From: an uncultured Chitinophaga sp. | Lineage (GTDB): Bacteria > Bacteroidota > Bacteroidia > Flavobacteriales_D > Crocinitomicaceae | DNA length: 51,095 bases | Reading direction: 5' to 3' | Assembly (NCBI GenBank): GCA_964532475.1 | Contig: CAZHLZ010000001.1 | Span: 14,891 to 65,985 of the forward strand | Shown here: positions 38,329 through 46,592 of the stretch, piece after piece | How positions within the stretch are numbered: position 1 is the first letter of the stretch | Layout of the letters: every line of letters starts with the position of its first letter | Position numbers and translations under genes: made by a program | The notes under the pieces: generated by a model | The model's database searches: none | The model's input: the letters and a program-made list of their open reading frames with translations, nothing else | Told to the model about the DNA's origin: nothing

Positions 38329-38688
38329 TTAGATTTTATTTGTTCTTTGTTTCGTTGTTAAAATACTACTGGAAAGCATTTTATGAATTTCATTTGACTT
38401 TGAATACAAATTGTCAAATTCATTTTTATTTAAATAATTAGAATCTAATAGTAATTCTAACCAATACTGAGATTCACCACATTCTTTTAAAGAAATCGAT
38501 AATTTGTGAATGAAATCAGCTGGACTTTGAGCATTATTTGCTTCACGAATGTTAGCTCCAACTGAAGTTGCTGATCTTACTAATTGTTTACTCAAAATGA
38601 ATTCTTTTTTTTCTATCAATTGTTTGTAGAGAGAAATGGAGTCAAGAGCAAATGAATAACTTTTCGTTTTTAAAAAATTTTCTTTCAT
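38329..38688 (-). CDS. Four-helix-bundle protein (23S rRNA intervening-sequence protein / Avd-like family)
   Basis: Family pattern: SYSFALDSISLYKQL, RSATSVGANIREA, FIHKLSISLKECGESQYWLELL. Confidence 0.8.
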   Translation of the reverse strand: MKENFLKTKSYSFALDSISLYKQLIEKKEFILSKQLVRSATSVGANIREANNAQSPADFIHKLSISLKECGESQYWLELLLDSNYLNKNEFDNLYSKSNEIHKMLSSSILTTKQRTNKI

Positions 38689-38725
38689 AATGTTTAGTTT
38701 AAAAGTGAAATCTAATTTAATAATA

Positions 38726-38767
38726 AATTCTCAATTCTCCACTTTTAATTCTACATTCTCTATTTTA
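38726..38767. repeat. Heptad-phased array at the 5' flank of four-helix-bundle gene 2
   Basis: AATTCTC AATTCTC CACTTTT AATTCTA CATTCTC TATTTTA. 38747-38759 is the perfect 13-nt reverse complement of 38278-38290. Confidence 0.85.
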
Positions 38768-39747
38768 CGAGGTTCATACTTTTTCGCCAAATCCGCTATC
38801 ACTTTGATATGTGCCGGAGTTGTTCCGCAACAGCCACCGATGATGTTTACAAGGTGCTCATCCAAAAAGGTTTTGATTTGTTCACCCATGAGTTCTGCAG
38901 TTTCATCGTATTGACCGAACTCGTTTGGTAAACCTGCGTTTGGATGTGCTGAAACGGCGAAGGGAGATTCTTTATCCAAAATCTGCAAATAAGGACGCAT
39001 CATGGAAGCTCCTAAGGCACAGTTTAGACCAATACTTAGCAATGGCATGTGAGAAACTGAAATCAAAAATGCTTCAGTTGTTTGTCCAGTCAAGGTTCTT
39101 CCAGATTGATCGGTAATAGTACCAGAAACCATAATTGGCAATTTCTTATTACGTTCTTCAAAAACCTCATCTATTGCAAACAAGGCAGCCTTTGCGTTTA
39201 AGGTATCAAAAACAGTTTCAACTAACAAAATATCAACTCCACCATCCATCAAGGCATTTACTTGTTGTTTGTAAGCAGTTACCAATTCTTGGAAGGTAAT
39301 CCCTCTAAATCCAGGATCATTTACATCTGGAGAAATGCTTGCAGTTCGGTTTGTTGGACCAATTGAACCGGCAACAAAACGCGGTTTATCAGGATTGAGC
39401 GCTGTGAATTCATCTGCAACTTTTTTGGCAATTTTTGCTGAATGAAAATTAATATCATACACTGCAAATTCTAGATCATAATCCGCTTGCGCGATGGTTG
39501 TTCCAGAAAAAGTATTTGTTTCAGCGATATCTGCACCTGCCTCAAAATATTGACGGTGAATATCTTCTATGATTTCAGGACGTGTCAAGGAAAGTAAATC
39601 GTTGTTTCCTTTTAAAGGCTTGTGGTGATTTTCAAACCAGCCTTTGCGAAAATCTTCTTCTTCGAGTTTATGACGTTGAATCATCGTACCCATTGCTCCG
39701 TCTAAAACAAGAATTCTTTTTTTTAGGATTTCTTCTATTTTGCTCAT
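38731..39747 (-). CDS. metH: Methionine synthase homocysteine-binding (S-methyltransferase) module as a separate ORF
   Basis: LDGAMGT and the GGCCGTTPAHI zinc-ligand motif. It ends at ..YEPRK (E. coli ..APRK linker) plus a 10-aa tail, IENVELKVEN, encoded by the repeat array. The ATG at 39747 is preferred. Confidence 0.9.
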   Translation of the reverse strand: MSKIEEILKKRILVLDGAMGTMIQRHKLEEEDFRKGWFENHHKPLKGNNDLLSLTRPEIIEDIHRQYFEAGADIAETNTFSGTTIAQADYDLEFAVYDINFHSAKIAKKVADEFTALNPDKPRFVAGSIGPTNRTASISPDVNDPGFRGITFQELVTAYKQQVNALMDGGVDILLVETVFDTLNAKAALFAIDEVFEERNKKLPIMVSGTITDQSGRTLTGQTTEAFLISVSHMPLLSIGLNCALGASMMRPYLQILDKESPFAVSAHPNAGLPNEFGQYDETAELMGEQIKTFLDEHLVNIIGGCCGTTPAHIKVIADLAKKYEPRKIENVELKVEN

Positions 39748-39801
39748 AATATCTAATTTATACTTTAAAACATACAAATTAAGAGGGTTGATGAACAAAC
39801 A

Positions 39802-39923
39802 CTTATCTTTTCAGTCAAATTACTGATAGGATTTGGCACCGGTTTTCCAATCCCGATTAATCGGGACTTATAGTTGGTTGCCAAGGTTTCGTAGGGCCTT
39901 ATCCCTCCACCTTTCTTAATAAG
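39802..39923 (-). promoter_or_regulatory. SAM-I (S-box) riboswitch
   Basis: The minus strand reads CUUAUUAAGAAAGGUGGAGGGAUAAGGCCCUACGAAACCUUGGCAACC...GGUGCCAAAUCCUAUCAG...GAAAAGAUAAG. This matches the S-box core and the P1 pairing CUUAU/AUAAG. Confidence 0.85.
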
Positions 39924-40051
39924 TTTCGCTTAAAAAAATTGAATTTTGATAAGCTTATGATTTTAAAGAACTAAGGCAAAATTACTAAAAATTCTTAAAA
40001 AAATTGTTATATTTAAATAAATTTTGAAAACTTACGTTTTAATATACTAAA

Positions 40052-41560
40052 ATGCAAATTATGAAAAACCATATTTTAATTCCATTAACGATGATGATAT
40101 CTATTTTTGGATTTGGTCAAAATTTAGAGGGGAAGTCCAAAAACCATTTTACATTTTCATTAATAAATGGTTTGAATGCTAGTTCGTCAAAATTAATTAT
40201 TGGAGACAAATCTCCAGAAAGAGTATATGGAATTGCTCATGGATTAAATTTTCATTATACGCGAATTTTAAATTCCAAATTTTCAATTTCAGGAGGCTTT
40301 GGTTTGGGGTTTTTACCGATAAATATGAAAGTTAGAAGTTTTGATTCATTTCAAGGGACTGACAATTGGGGCTATTTTTCTAGAATAAACTATAAAGCAT
40401 TTACGAAATATGAACTTTTAGCATCTTATCACAAAACATTGAACGAAAAGTATGGCTTAAAATTTAATTTTGGAGGAGGTATAAATCACTACGGAGGTAG
40501 CAGCTATGGTTATTCTGCAGGAAATTATGACATTACAGGTGAAACGAATTCAGAATTGTATGATTTTGACATCCAATTTACGAATAGCGCCAAACCCTAT
40601 TTAACACTTGGAACAGAGATAACAAAAAACCTTAAAAACAAAGACATTTTAGCATTAAAAATGAATTTTGAATATTCTTTTAAAAATGCTTACTCGGGAA
40701 CATATTCGATTTACGATGGAAGTTCAAAGGGAGAATATTTCAATCGAGGAAATTATTTTAACCTTGCTTTGGCTTATACAATGACTGGCAACAAACGATT
40801 ATCTCGTTTAAATCAATTAAAATTGGAGAACAATTTGGATAAAAAATCTGCAAAAAGATTGATTAAAAAAGAAAATCGTTTCATCGATCCTAAAAGTACA
40901 TTCATAAGTTTCGCTGGAGGATTAGGGATTGGTATGAATTTAATTGAATCAGATCCTGGATCGACCTTAATGAAAGGTGGATTTGCTTCATTCTTGCCAA
41001 GAATTTCAATTGAAAAAGGATTAAAAAATAATTTTTACGGAGAAATTGGATTTCATTCTCAAACTTTTTGGGATGTCAGTAAATTTAATGTTTACGAATA
41101 TGGAAGTAGTGGCGGAAATGCTTTTTATGCTTATCAATTATCTGTTGGTGGACTTTACAGATGGACTTTAAAAAACAATTATAATGTATTAAACTTTCAC
41201 TCGGGTTTTTCTATTGGTTACCACAATGCCCGAAATTTGGAGAATGGTTTGTCTTCTTGGGGAAGTGGTGGTGTATCTTCGGGCACAATTGGCAATGAAG
41301 TATTTCACATAGAATACAATTCACAAAGTCGCATAAAATCAAATATTTTAGCTTCCTGCTACCTTGGCGTATCTAAAGACTTTAGAATTGTTAATAATTT
41401 CTATTTTACGATGAATTACAGACAACAATTTGGTTTAATAAAAGCGAGTGAAGCCACCTACAATTATAGTGGATTAAATGTTCCAACGACGGAAGGTGCA
41501 AGAATGAAAATAAATGGTACAAGTCGGGATTTTCAGCTCGGATTTAAAATCAAACTATAA
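40052..41560 (+). CDS. Hypothetical outer-membrane protein with two tandem beta-barrel-like halves
   Basis: Signal peptide, then two Gly/aromatic-rich alternating-strand regions (about aa 30-245 and 285-502). A basic linker, NKRLSRLNQLKLENNLDKKSAKRLIKKENR, joins them. Confidence 0.6.
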   Translation: MQIMKNHILIPLTMMISIFGFGQNLEGKSKNHFTFSLINGLNASSSKLIIGDKSPERVYGIAHGLNFHYTRILNSKFSISGGFGLGFLPINMKVRSFDSFQGTDNWGYFSRINYKAFTKYELLASYHKTLNEKYGLKFNFGGGINHYGGSSYGYSAGNYDITGETNSELYDFDIQFTNSAKPYLTLGTEITKNLKNKDILALKMNFEYSFKNAYSGTYSIYDGSSKGEYFNRGNYFNLALAYTMTGNKRLSRLNQLKLENNLDKKSAKRLIKKENRFIDPKSTFISFAGGLGIGMNLIESDPGSTLMKGGFASFLPRISIEKGLKNNFYGEIGFHSQTFWDVSKFNVYEYGSSGGNAFYAYQLSVGGLYRWTLKNNYNVLNFHSGFSIGYHNARNLENGLSSWGSGGVSSGTIGNEVFHIEYNSQSRIKSNILASCYLGVSKDFRIVNNFYFTMNYRQQFGLIKASEATYNYSGLNVPTTEGARMKINGTSRDFQLGFKIKL

Positions 41561-41636
41561 AGCTAAATTGGAGGAGAAAATTTATGATGGCTTGAAAGAT
41601 CTCTCAATTGTCAAAATCTGCCTTGTCTTTATTTTT

Positions 41637-42902
41637 TTACTTCAAACTGATTGGCATCAAACCTTCTTTTCTGTAATTTGAAACCGTAAACCAGCGGTAT
41701 TGTGCTTTGTCAATGATTTCATTTTCTTTGCCTTGCATGATTAAATCAAAACGAACTATTGCATTGTAAGCATTGAATAAATCTTTGTCCTGATTGTAAT
41801 TTACTCTTCCTTGGTAAACTGCCATTAGGAAACTTCTGTAACTTGTATAATAATCAGAGTCAAAACTAGCATCGTAGCAATCTAATTCTGCGACAGCTTT
41901 TAAATCTTCTTCTCCAAATTTTGTTCCTAATGATGTTGTTTCAATGAAATCAATATCTCCTGCCTCTTTGTCTGAAATAAATCCCAAAAAACAATGATTT
42001 GGTGTGGTTACAATTACCGGTTCAATGCCCATTTTGTATAAGACTGAAGCCATTGCAACTGTCCCATCTACGCAATTTGCCTGCGAAGAATTAAGTGATT
42101 CATCTAAGGTTCTCACAAATTGATATTTGATAAAAGGTCTAGCTTCTGTATTGATTTTTTGATTCGGTGAATTTAAACTACTGTATACAACACCTTTTGA
42201 TTTGAAATAATTCCAAACCGCAAAAACTTGCTCGTAAACATCAACCTTTGTGCCTTGATAACCAATAATGGAAGAAATGACCCCTTGCTTTAAAATTGCT
42301 GGTAAAATTTCATTCGCGATGCGTGGATTATTTTCATTGACATAAGCTGCATACATGAAATTTAGGTCTTTCAAGGAATTATCTTTTTCGATGAAGGTAA
42401 AAGGACAATCATTGATAGAGCGAAGAATGATGTTTTGTGTTTTACTACCTTCTAGTTTTCCGTTTACAAAAACTGTAAATTTTACGCTAATTGGCTTTGG
42501 TTCTTTGTTAGCTTGTAAAACATCAAACTTGTATGAAATTTCGGGAAAAATATTAAATTCAACCAAGCTTTTATCAGCAAAAGTTTCATAAATCGTTTTT
42601 TCCATGATGGCTGAAGACTCAATTTCAACCTTTATGGAATACGCCTTTGAGTTTAAATTTGTAAACTTAAAACCCAATTGACCTTCTCGATCGCCTTTTA
42701 ATTTTTTTTCAGCTTCAGAAAGGTTTTTCTCTGGGTTTTCACCAATATTTCGAGAGGCATTTGCCCAAATGTAAGAAGGGAAAAGTTGATTGTCCATAAC
42801 AACAACAGGCTCCCAAAGTAAACCAAATTCATCTTTAGCGTTGCCAAGTGTACAAACAAAAACGAATATTAAAAGTAAATTCTTTTTTAAATTGAATTTC
42901 AT
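41637..42902 (-). CDS. Secreted hypothetical protein with a transglutaminase-like Cys-His-Asp core
   Basis: Signal peptide. The stretch ANCVDGTVAMASVLYKMGIEPVIVTTPNHCFLGF...DIDFIETT resembles the C...H...D papain/transglutaminase fold. Confidence 0.6.
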   Translation of the reverse strand: MKFNLKKNLLLIFVFVCTLGNAKDEFGLLWEPVVVMDNQLFPSYIWANASRNIGENPEKNLSEAEKKLKGDREGQLGFKFTNLNSKAYSIKVEIESSAIMEKTIYETFADKSLVEFNIFPEISYKFDVLQANKEPKPISVKFTVFVNGKLEGSKTQNIILRSINDCPFTFIEKDNSLKDLNFMYAAYVNENNPRIANEILPAILKQGVISSIIGYQGTKVDVYEQVFAVWNYFKSKGVVYSSLNSPNQKINTEARPFIKYQFVRTLDESLNSSQANCVDGTVAMASVLYKMGIEPVIVTTPNHCFLGFISDKEAGDIDFIETTSLGTKFGEEDLKAVAELDCYDASFDSDYYTSYRSFLMAVYQGRVNYNQDKDLFNAYNAIVRFDLIMQGKENEIIDKAQYRWFTVSNYRKEGLMPISLK

Positions 42903-42977
42903 AGTGTTTTTTTTCTCAAAGTTAAGGGTCTTTTTTGAAAAAAGAATACGTTTAATTACTTATTTTACTTACAAAAA

Positions 42978-43000
42978 AGAGGAACATTTACCGTTCCTCT
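42978..43000 (-). terminator. Intrinsic terminator after the 349-aa barrel gene
   Basis: AGAGGAAC / GTTCCTCT stem with a T-run on the minus strand. Confidence 0.7.
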
Positions 43001-43041
43001 TTTTAAACCAATTATAAATATGAAGTTTAGTTGTGTATATT

Positions 43042-44091
43042 TTAAAAAGTAATCCCAATTCCCCATTTCATGTAAAACGGCTGGGAAAAAATGCTATTTA
43101 CAAATTTACTACTTTCAGGGTCTCCAGCTTTTCTTGGGAAAATTCCTGGGCGTAAACCTATTTCTCCATTCATGTATAAACCTGGTTTTTTGATAATTTT
43201 ATAAAACTCATTCGTGCTAACTCCTATTTTAAAGCCAAGTCTTCTTTTCTTTATATCTTCAATTTTTAATTCACTAAAGCTTGTTGAGCCAGCATTTTGA
43301 AAATAAATAAACTCGTTTTCTGAAATTGAGGGAGCAAATAATAAGTCAAAATTCACCAATTTAAATGAAGTTCTTTTTAATTTGAGTCTTGGATAATTTT
43401 TGTAGTTAAAAAATGTTTTGTAACTTGTAAAATCACCCATTGAATAAGATAATCCTATAACTGTGGAAGAAAAAGGTAAAACAAAACCTGAAGGAATGGC
43501 TGCATTATTTGCAAGACTAATAAAATCATAAGTAGAATCAGCTTTTGCAGCATCATAAAAAACATTAGAAGCCATGTTGTTTATTGTTACTCCAATACCT
43601 CTAGTTTTTCTGCTTTGTACTTCAAAATCTGTTTTAAAAGCGTAAAATGTTGTTGTAACTACATTACCAGAGGTGCTTTTATCAAGAATTTCTACTCCAA
43701 CTGTTGGTGCAACATTTGTAGAAGTTGTTTCATCTTTAAAATTAAAATACGCAGCTAAGTTTAAGTTTCTATAAGCATTAGCTTTTTCCATTAATGTACT
43801 TTTACTAATAAAATCAGAATTACTTACATCAAATGCATAAGAAGCTTTAAAAGTAAATCTTTTTGGGGAATAAGACCCTGCCACTTCACCATAAATCCCA
43901 CCAGAGAATGTAGAAATATCAACCCCGACGTTTCCAGCAACATTGTAGCTAGCTCTTCTTGGATCATCGTATTTTTTATCTATTCTTAAATCTGGGTCAG
44001 TAGGTGAAACGTAATTTCTTTTATCTTGACCAAAAGCTGACAAAGAACTTGCAACAAGTCCTGCGATTAAAAGTGTGTTTTGAATTTTCAT
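43042..44091 (-). CDS. Hypothetical outer-membrane beta-barrel protein
   Basis: Signal peptide MKIQNTLLIAGLVASSLSAFGQ, an alternating-strand pattern and a C-terminal ...WGIGITF ending in Phe. Confidence 0.6.
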   Translation of the reverse strand: MKIQNTLLIAGLVASSLSAFGQDKRNYVSPTDPDLRIDKKYDDPRRASYNVAGNVGVDISTFSGGIYGEVAGSYSPKRFTFKASYAFDVSNSDFISKSTLMEKANAYRNLNLAAYFNFKDETTSTNVAPTVGVEILDKSTSGNVVTTTFYAFKTDFEVQSRKTRGIGVTINNMASNVFYDAAKADSTYDFISLANNAAIPSGFVLPFSSTVIGLSYSMGDFTSYKTFFNYKNYPRLKLKRTSFKLVNFDLLFAPSISENEFIYFQNAGSTSFSELKIEDIKKRRLGFKIGVSTNEFYKIIKKPGLYMNGEIGLRPGIFPRKAGDPESSKFVNSIFSQPFYMKWGIGITF

Positions 44092-44152
44092 GACTGTAAT
44101 TATTAATTATGAAACAAAATTAATAGCATTTAAAAAAATGGATCTAAGTAAA

Positions 44153-44162
44153 TTTACGTAAA
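44153..44162. promoter_or_regulatory. Perfect palindrome TTTACGTAAA upstream of the 349-aa barrel gene
   Basis: Lies 62-71 nt upstream of the ATG at 44091 and about 31-40 nt upstream of a TAATTTTG -7 box (44115-44122). Confidence 0.4.
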
Positions 44163-44174
44163 ATGATTAAACTT

Positions 44175-44873
44175 TTAATAATCTATTATTTTACCAACCA
44201 ATCCAATTTTAAACCCCATGTATTTATGTAGATGCTCATTTTCAAGATAAGGTTGTTCTATAAATTTATTTTTATCAATAAAAGGACATAATGATATTTG
44301 TACTAATTTATTGATATTGTAGAAAATATATAGTTCATGTAATTTTCTTGAAATATCTTCATATTTTGCATTATATCCCATTGAACTAGAATTTATATAA
44401 AGCATTTGAAAACGATCTCCTATATCTAAAAATGAATGAAAATTAATCCCATAGGCCAAGAAAGAATTTCGATTGTCAAAAAATCGAAAGCCAAGATTTA
44501 AACCTGCACCAAAACGAAATTCCAAAGGACCAATTTTTACAGGTCTATTTTTGTTAAATGTTTTCCCAGCACTAGCGTCAAAAAGACCAACACTGTATGG
44601 CCTTGTAGGCGGAACAAGAAGTTCAACTCCTGCACCTTGAAGATCAAAGTAAAAATTTGATTTAAATGTACTAACAAAATGAATGTCTAGCCATCCAAAT
44701 TTCCTTGGTGAATCAACAGTTATTTCACCCGTATTTTGATTTTCAATTGAATTTTGCCCTTGATATATGTTCATTAATGAAAACCATTGAAAATTTTCTT
44801 GTGTAAAGGAATTAAATGATATCAAGCAAATTGAAATCGTTTTTATTATAGTTTTTTTCATTTTATTTTTCAT
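44175..44873 (-). CDS. Hypothetical outer-membrane protein (232 aa)
   Basis: Signal peptide KKTIIKTISICLISFNSFTQ, beta-strand-like alternation and an aromatic C-terminus (IIDY). Confidence 0.55.
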   Translation of the reverse strand: MKNKMKKTIIKTISICLISFNSFTQENFQWFSLMNIYQGQNSIENQNTGEITVDSPRKFGWLDIHFVSTFKSNFYFDLQGAGVELLVPPTRPYSVGLFDASAGKTFNKNRPVKIGPLEFRFGAGLNLGFRFFDNRNSFLAYGINFHSFLDIGDRFQMLYINSSSMGYNAKYEDISRKLHELYIFYNINKLVQISLCPFIDKNKFIEQPYLENEHLHKYMGFKIGLVGKIIDY

Positions 44874-44920
44874 GACTCATTAATTTCATGAGGCAAAAAT
44901 ATAGAAATTAAAAGGAACAT

Positions 44921-44950
44921 TTTTACGTAATTTTACGTAATTTTACGCAA
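44921..44950. promoter_or_regulatory. Three tandem 10-bp units TTTTACGTAA (the third is TTTTACGCAA)
   Basis: Perfect 10-bp periodicity, with the palindrome TTACGTAA in each unit. Located 48-77 nt upstream of the ATG at 44873, just upstream of a TATTTTTG -7 box (44894-44901). Confidence 0.45.
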
Positions 44951-44972
44951 ATTGCATAAAGAATCAATTTTT

Positions 44973-45998
44973 TTACCTCAATCCAAGCTGCTTGTATCTT
45001 TCTTCAATTAATTGTGAATACTTGATTTTAAAAGCATCACCAACGAAGCTTTTTTCAAGGACTTCCAACATTTCGGGCTTTGCATATTCAAACAATTCCA
45101 AAGTATTATCCAAGATTTTTTTATTCAAACCGCAAAGTTCGTAAGCAGCCAAAAAATCTGCGTATTTTAATTTCCGTTTCTTGGCATTCAAGGTCAAGGC
45201 TAATTCTTCCGTGTCTGCTTCGTTTACCAAGGCTGTAGGAACCAAATCATACGCTGGACTCAAGCTCATTCCCACCCCTTCTTTTTCCAAGAGGGAAAAG
45301 TTTTTTAGGTGCATGTCGCTGTTTCCCGTAAAGAAACTAAATAACACCAATTCGTAAAAATTGCTGACATCCAACAAGGGAGTCGCTGAATATTTCAGTA
45401 ATAATTTAGCAACTTGTTCGTGGCTACCTTTGTATTTATCTTCCGTCAAACGTTCACTCAATTGGCACATATCTTCCATGTGGAGCTTGCCTTTTCGCGT
45501 TCTATCGACACGTTTTGTGATGTAACACAAAGTTTCATCTTCCAAACGGATTAAACTATGCGGTACAGCTTGCAAGCCACAAGCAGCTGCCATGTGCATG
45601 GTAACGCTTTCTAGTTCTGGCAACTCTGGATAATATTCCGAAGGTGGTTTTAAGATGTAATCGCCATAAAGACCAACTATTGTTAGTTTTTTGGTAAGAT
45701 TTTTTTCTTCTTTTCGATATAAACTTAAGGAAACCTTTGCTTGAACACCTGTGACAGCCATTTGACTTTGGATAACTTGTGTAGCTAAGTCTTGTAAATT
45801 TTCTAGTTTGTAATTGAGTTGCGGAGTTTTGAGTTGTCCGTAAAACCGTTTGTTGCAAGCTTGATGTACTTCTGTATCTGCTTCGTGCAAAGGTTCATAA
45901 CAATGCAAGCAACGCTTTCCGAAAAAGGCAGTTGGCTCATTTACTTCGTACGTAAAATGTGCCTTTCTTGCTAAATATTTCTTTTTAAAATTTTTCAT
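44973..45998 (-). CDS. hipT: HipT-like Ser/Thr kinase toxin (HipA family lacking N-subdomain 1)
   Basis: HipT-type N-terminus CLHCYEPL...HQACNKRFYG, Gly-rich loop MAVTGVQAKVSL, catalytic GNSDMHLKNFS and PAYDLVP. The ATG at 45998 overlaps hipS by 14 nt. Confidence 0.8.
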   Translation of the reverse strand: MKNFKKKYLARKAHFTYEVNEPTAFFGKRCLHCYEPLHEADTEVHQACNKRFYGQLKTPQLNYKLENLQDLATQVIQSQMAVTGVQAKVSLSLYRKEEKNLTKKLTIVGLYGDYILKPPSEYYPELPELESVTMHMAAACGLQAVPHSLIRLEDETLCYITKRVDRTRKGKLHMEDMCQLSERLTEDKYKGSHEQVAKLLLKYSATPLLDVSNFYELVLFSFFTGNSDMHLKNFSLLEKEGVGMSLSPAYDLVPTALVNEADTEELALTLNAKKRKLKYADFLAAYELCGLNKKILDNTLELFEYAKPEMLEVLEKSFVGDAFKIKYSQLIEERYKQLGLR

Positions 45999-46311
45999 TG
46001 TTTTGTACACTTACTGCTCCAATGCAATCTTTACAACAGCTTAAAAGTAAGCCCATTCTGTCTCTGTAATTTATTTTCCAATTTCGTTCTGCAATGTCCA
46101 ATAGCCAACCTTCAGGAATTAGACCATCGAAAAACGAAAACAAGGTGTTGCTGTGAAACACTTCTTTTCGCAAGGGGAACGTTAAACTTATTGCACGTGC
46201 ATCCTTGTCGTTCAAGTAAAACTCATCGTATTGAAAAAAGTATCCTTGTTCATTTTCAGAAATGATGCCACAAAATTTCTCCTTGAAAAGCACTTTTCCG
46301 CTTCTTTCCAT
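45985..46311 (-). CDS. hipS: HipS-like protein (stand-alone HipA N-terminal subdomain)
   Basis: 108 aa. GYFFQYDEFY, FFDGLIPEGW and CCKDCIGAVSV match the HipA N-terminal/couple_hipA region. Confidence 0.8.
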   Translation of the reverse strand: MERSGKVLFKEKFCGIISENEQGYFFQYDEFYLNDKDARAISLTFPLRKEVFHSNTLFSFFDGLIPEGWLLDIAERNWKINYRDRMGLLLSCCKDCIGAVSVQNNEKF

Positions 46312-46313
46312 GC

Positions 46314-46547
46314 TTATTGTAGATTAATTAAATCATCTCTATTCATGGCAACCGGACCCAAATGTTCTCCAAACAAACGCAACACATCGTTCACTTTATC
46401 CATGCGCAAGGTGTTTTTTCCTTGTTCTAAATCTCGAATAAAACGCAAACCAACACCAGCTTTTAAAGCCAATTCAGTTTGCGTCAAACGATTTTGCTTG
46501 CGTTTTAACTTGATGTGTTTGCTTAAATCGCTGAGTTTTTCTTGCAT
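46314..46547 (-). CDS. hipB: XRE-family HTH protein, HipB-like
   Basis: HTH LTQTELALKAGVGLRFIRDLEQGK. The ATG at 46547 is preferred because the TTG-extended start at 46577 would overlap the -7 box. Confidence 0.8.
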   Translation of the reverse strand: MQEKLSDLSKHIKLKRKQNRLTQTELALKAGVGLRFIRDLEQGKNTLRMDKVNDVLRLFGEHLGPVAMNRDDLINLQ

Positions 46548-46566
46548 TTTTATACCCTTTAAAGTA

Positions 46567-46574
46567 CAAATATA
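46567..46574 (-). promoter_or_regulatory. -7 box (TATATTTG) for hipBST
   Basis: TAnnTTTG match 19 nt upstream of the ATG at 46547. Confidence 0.5.
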
Positions 46575-46592
46575 CAAAAATATTGATAATTC

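Noticed and set aside
24478-38688. Diversity-generating retroelement, because the four-helix-bundle proteins are Avd-like
   Set aside because: No reverse transcriptase ORF and no template/variable repeat pair appear anywhere in the window. The genes are solitary inside housekeeping operons.
22911-44950. CRISPR array interpretation of the heptad arrays and the 10-bp TTTTACGTAA repeats
   Set aside because: The units are 7-10 nt with no unique spacers, span only 30-90 nt in total, and have no cas genes nearby.
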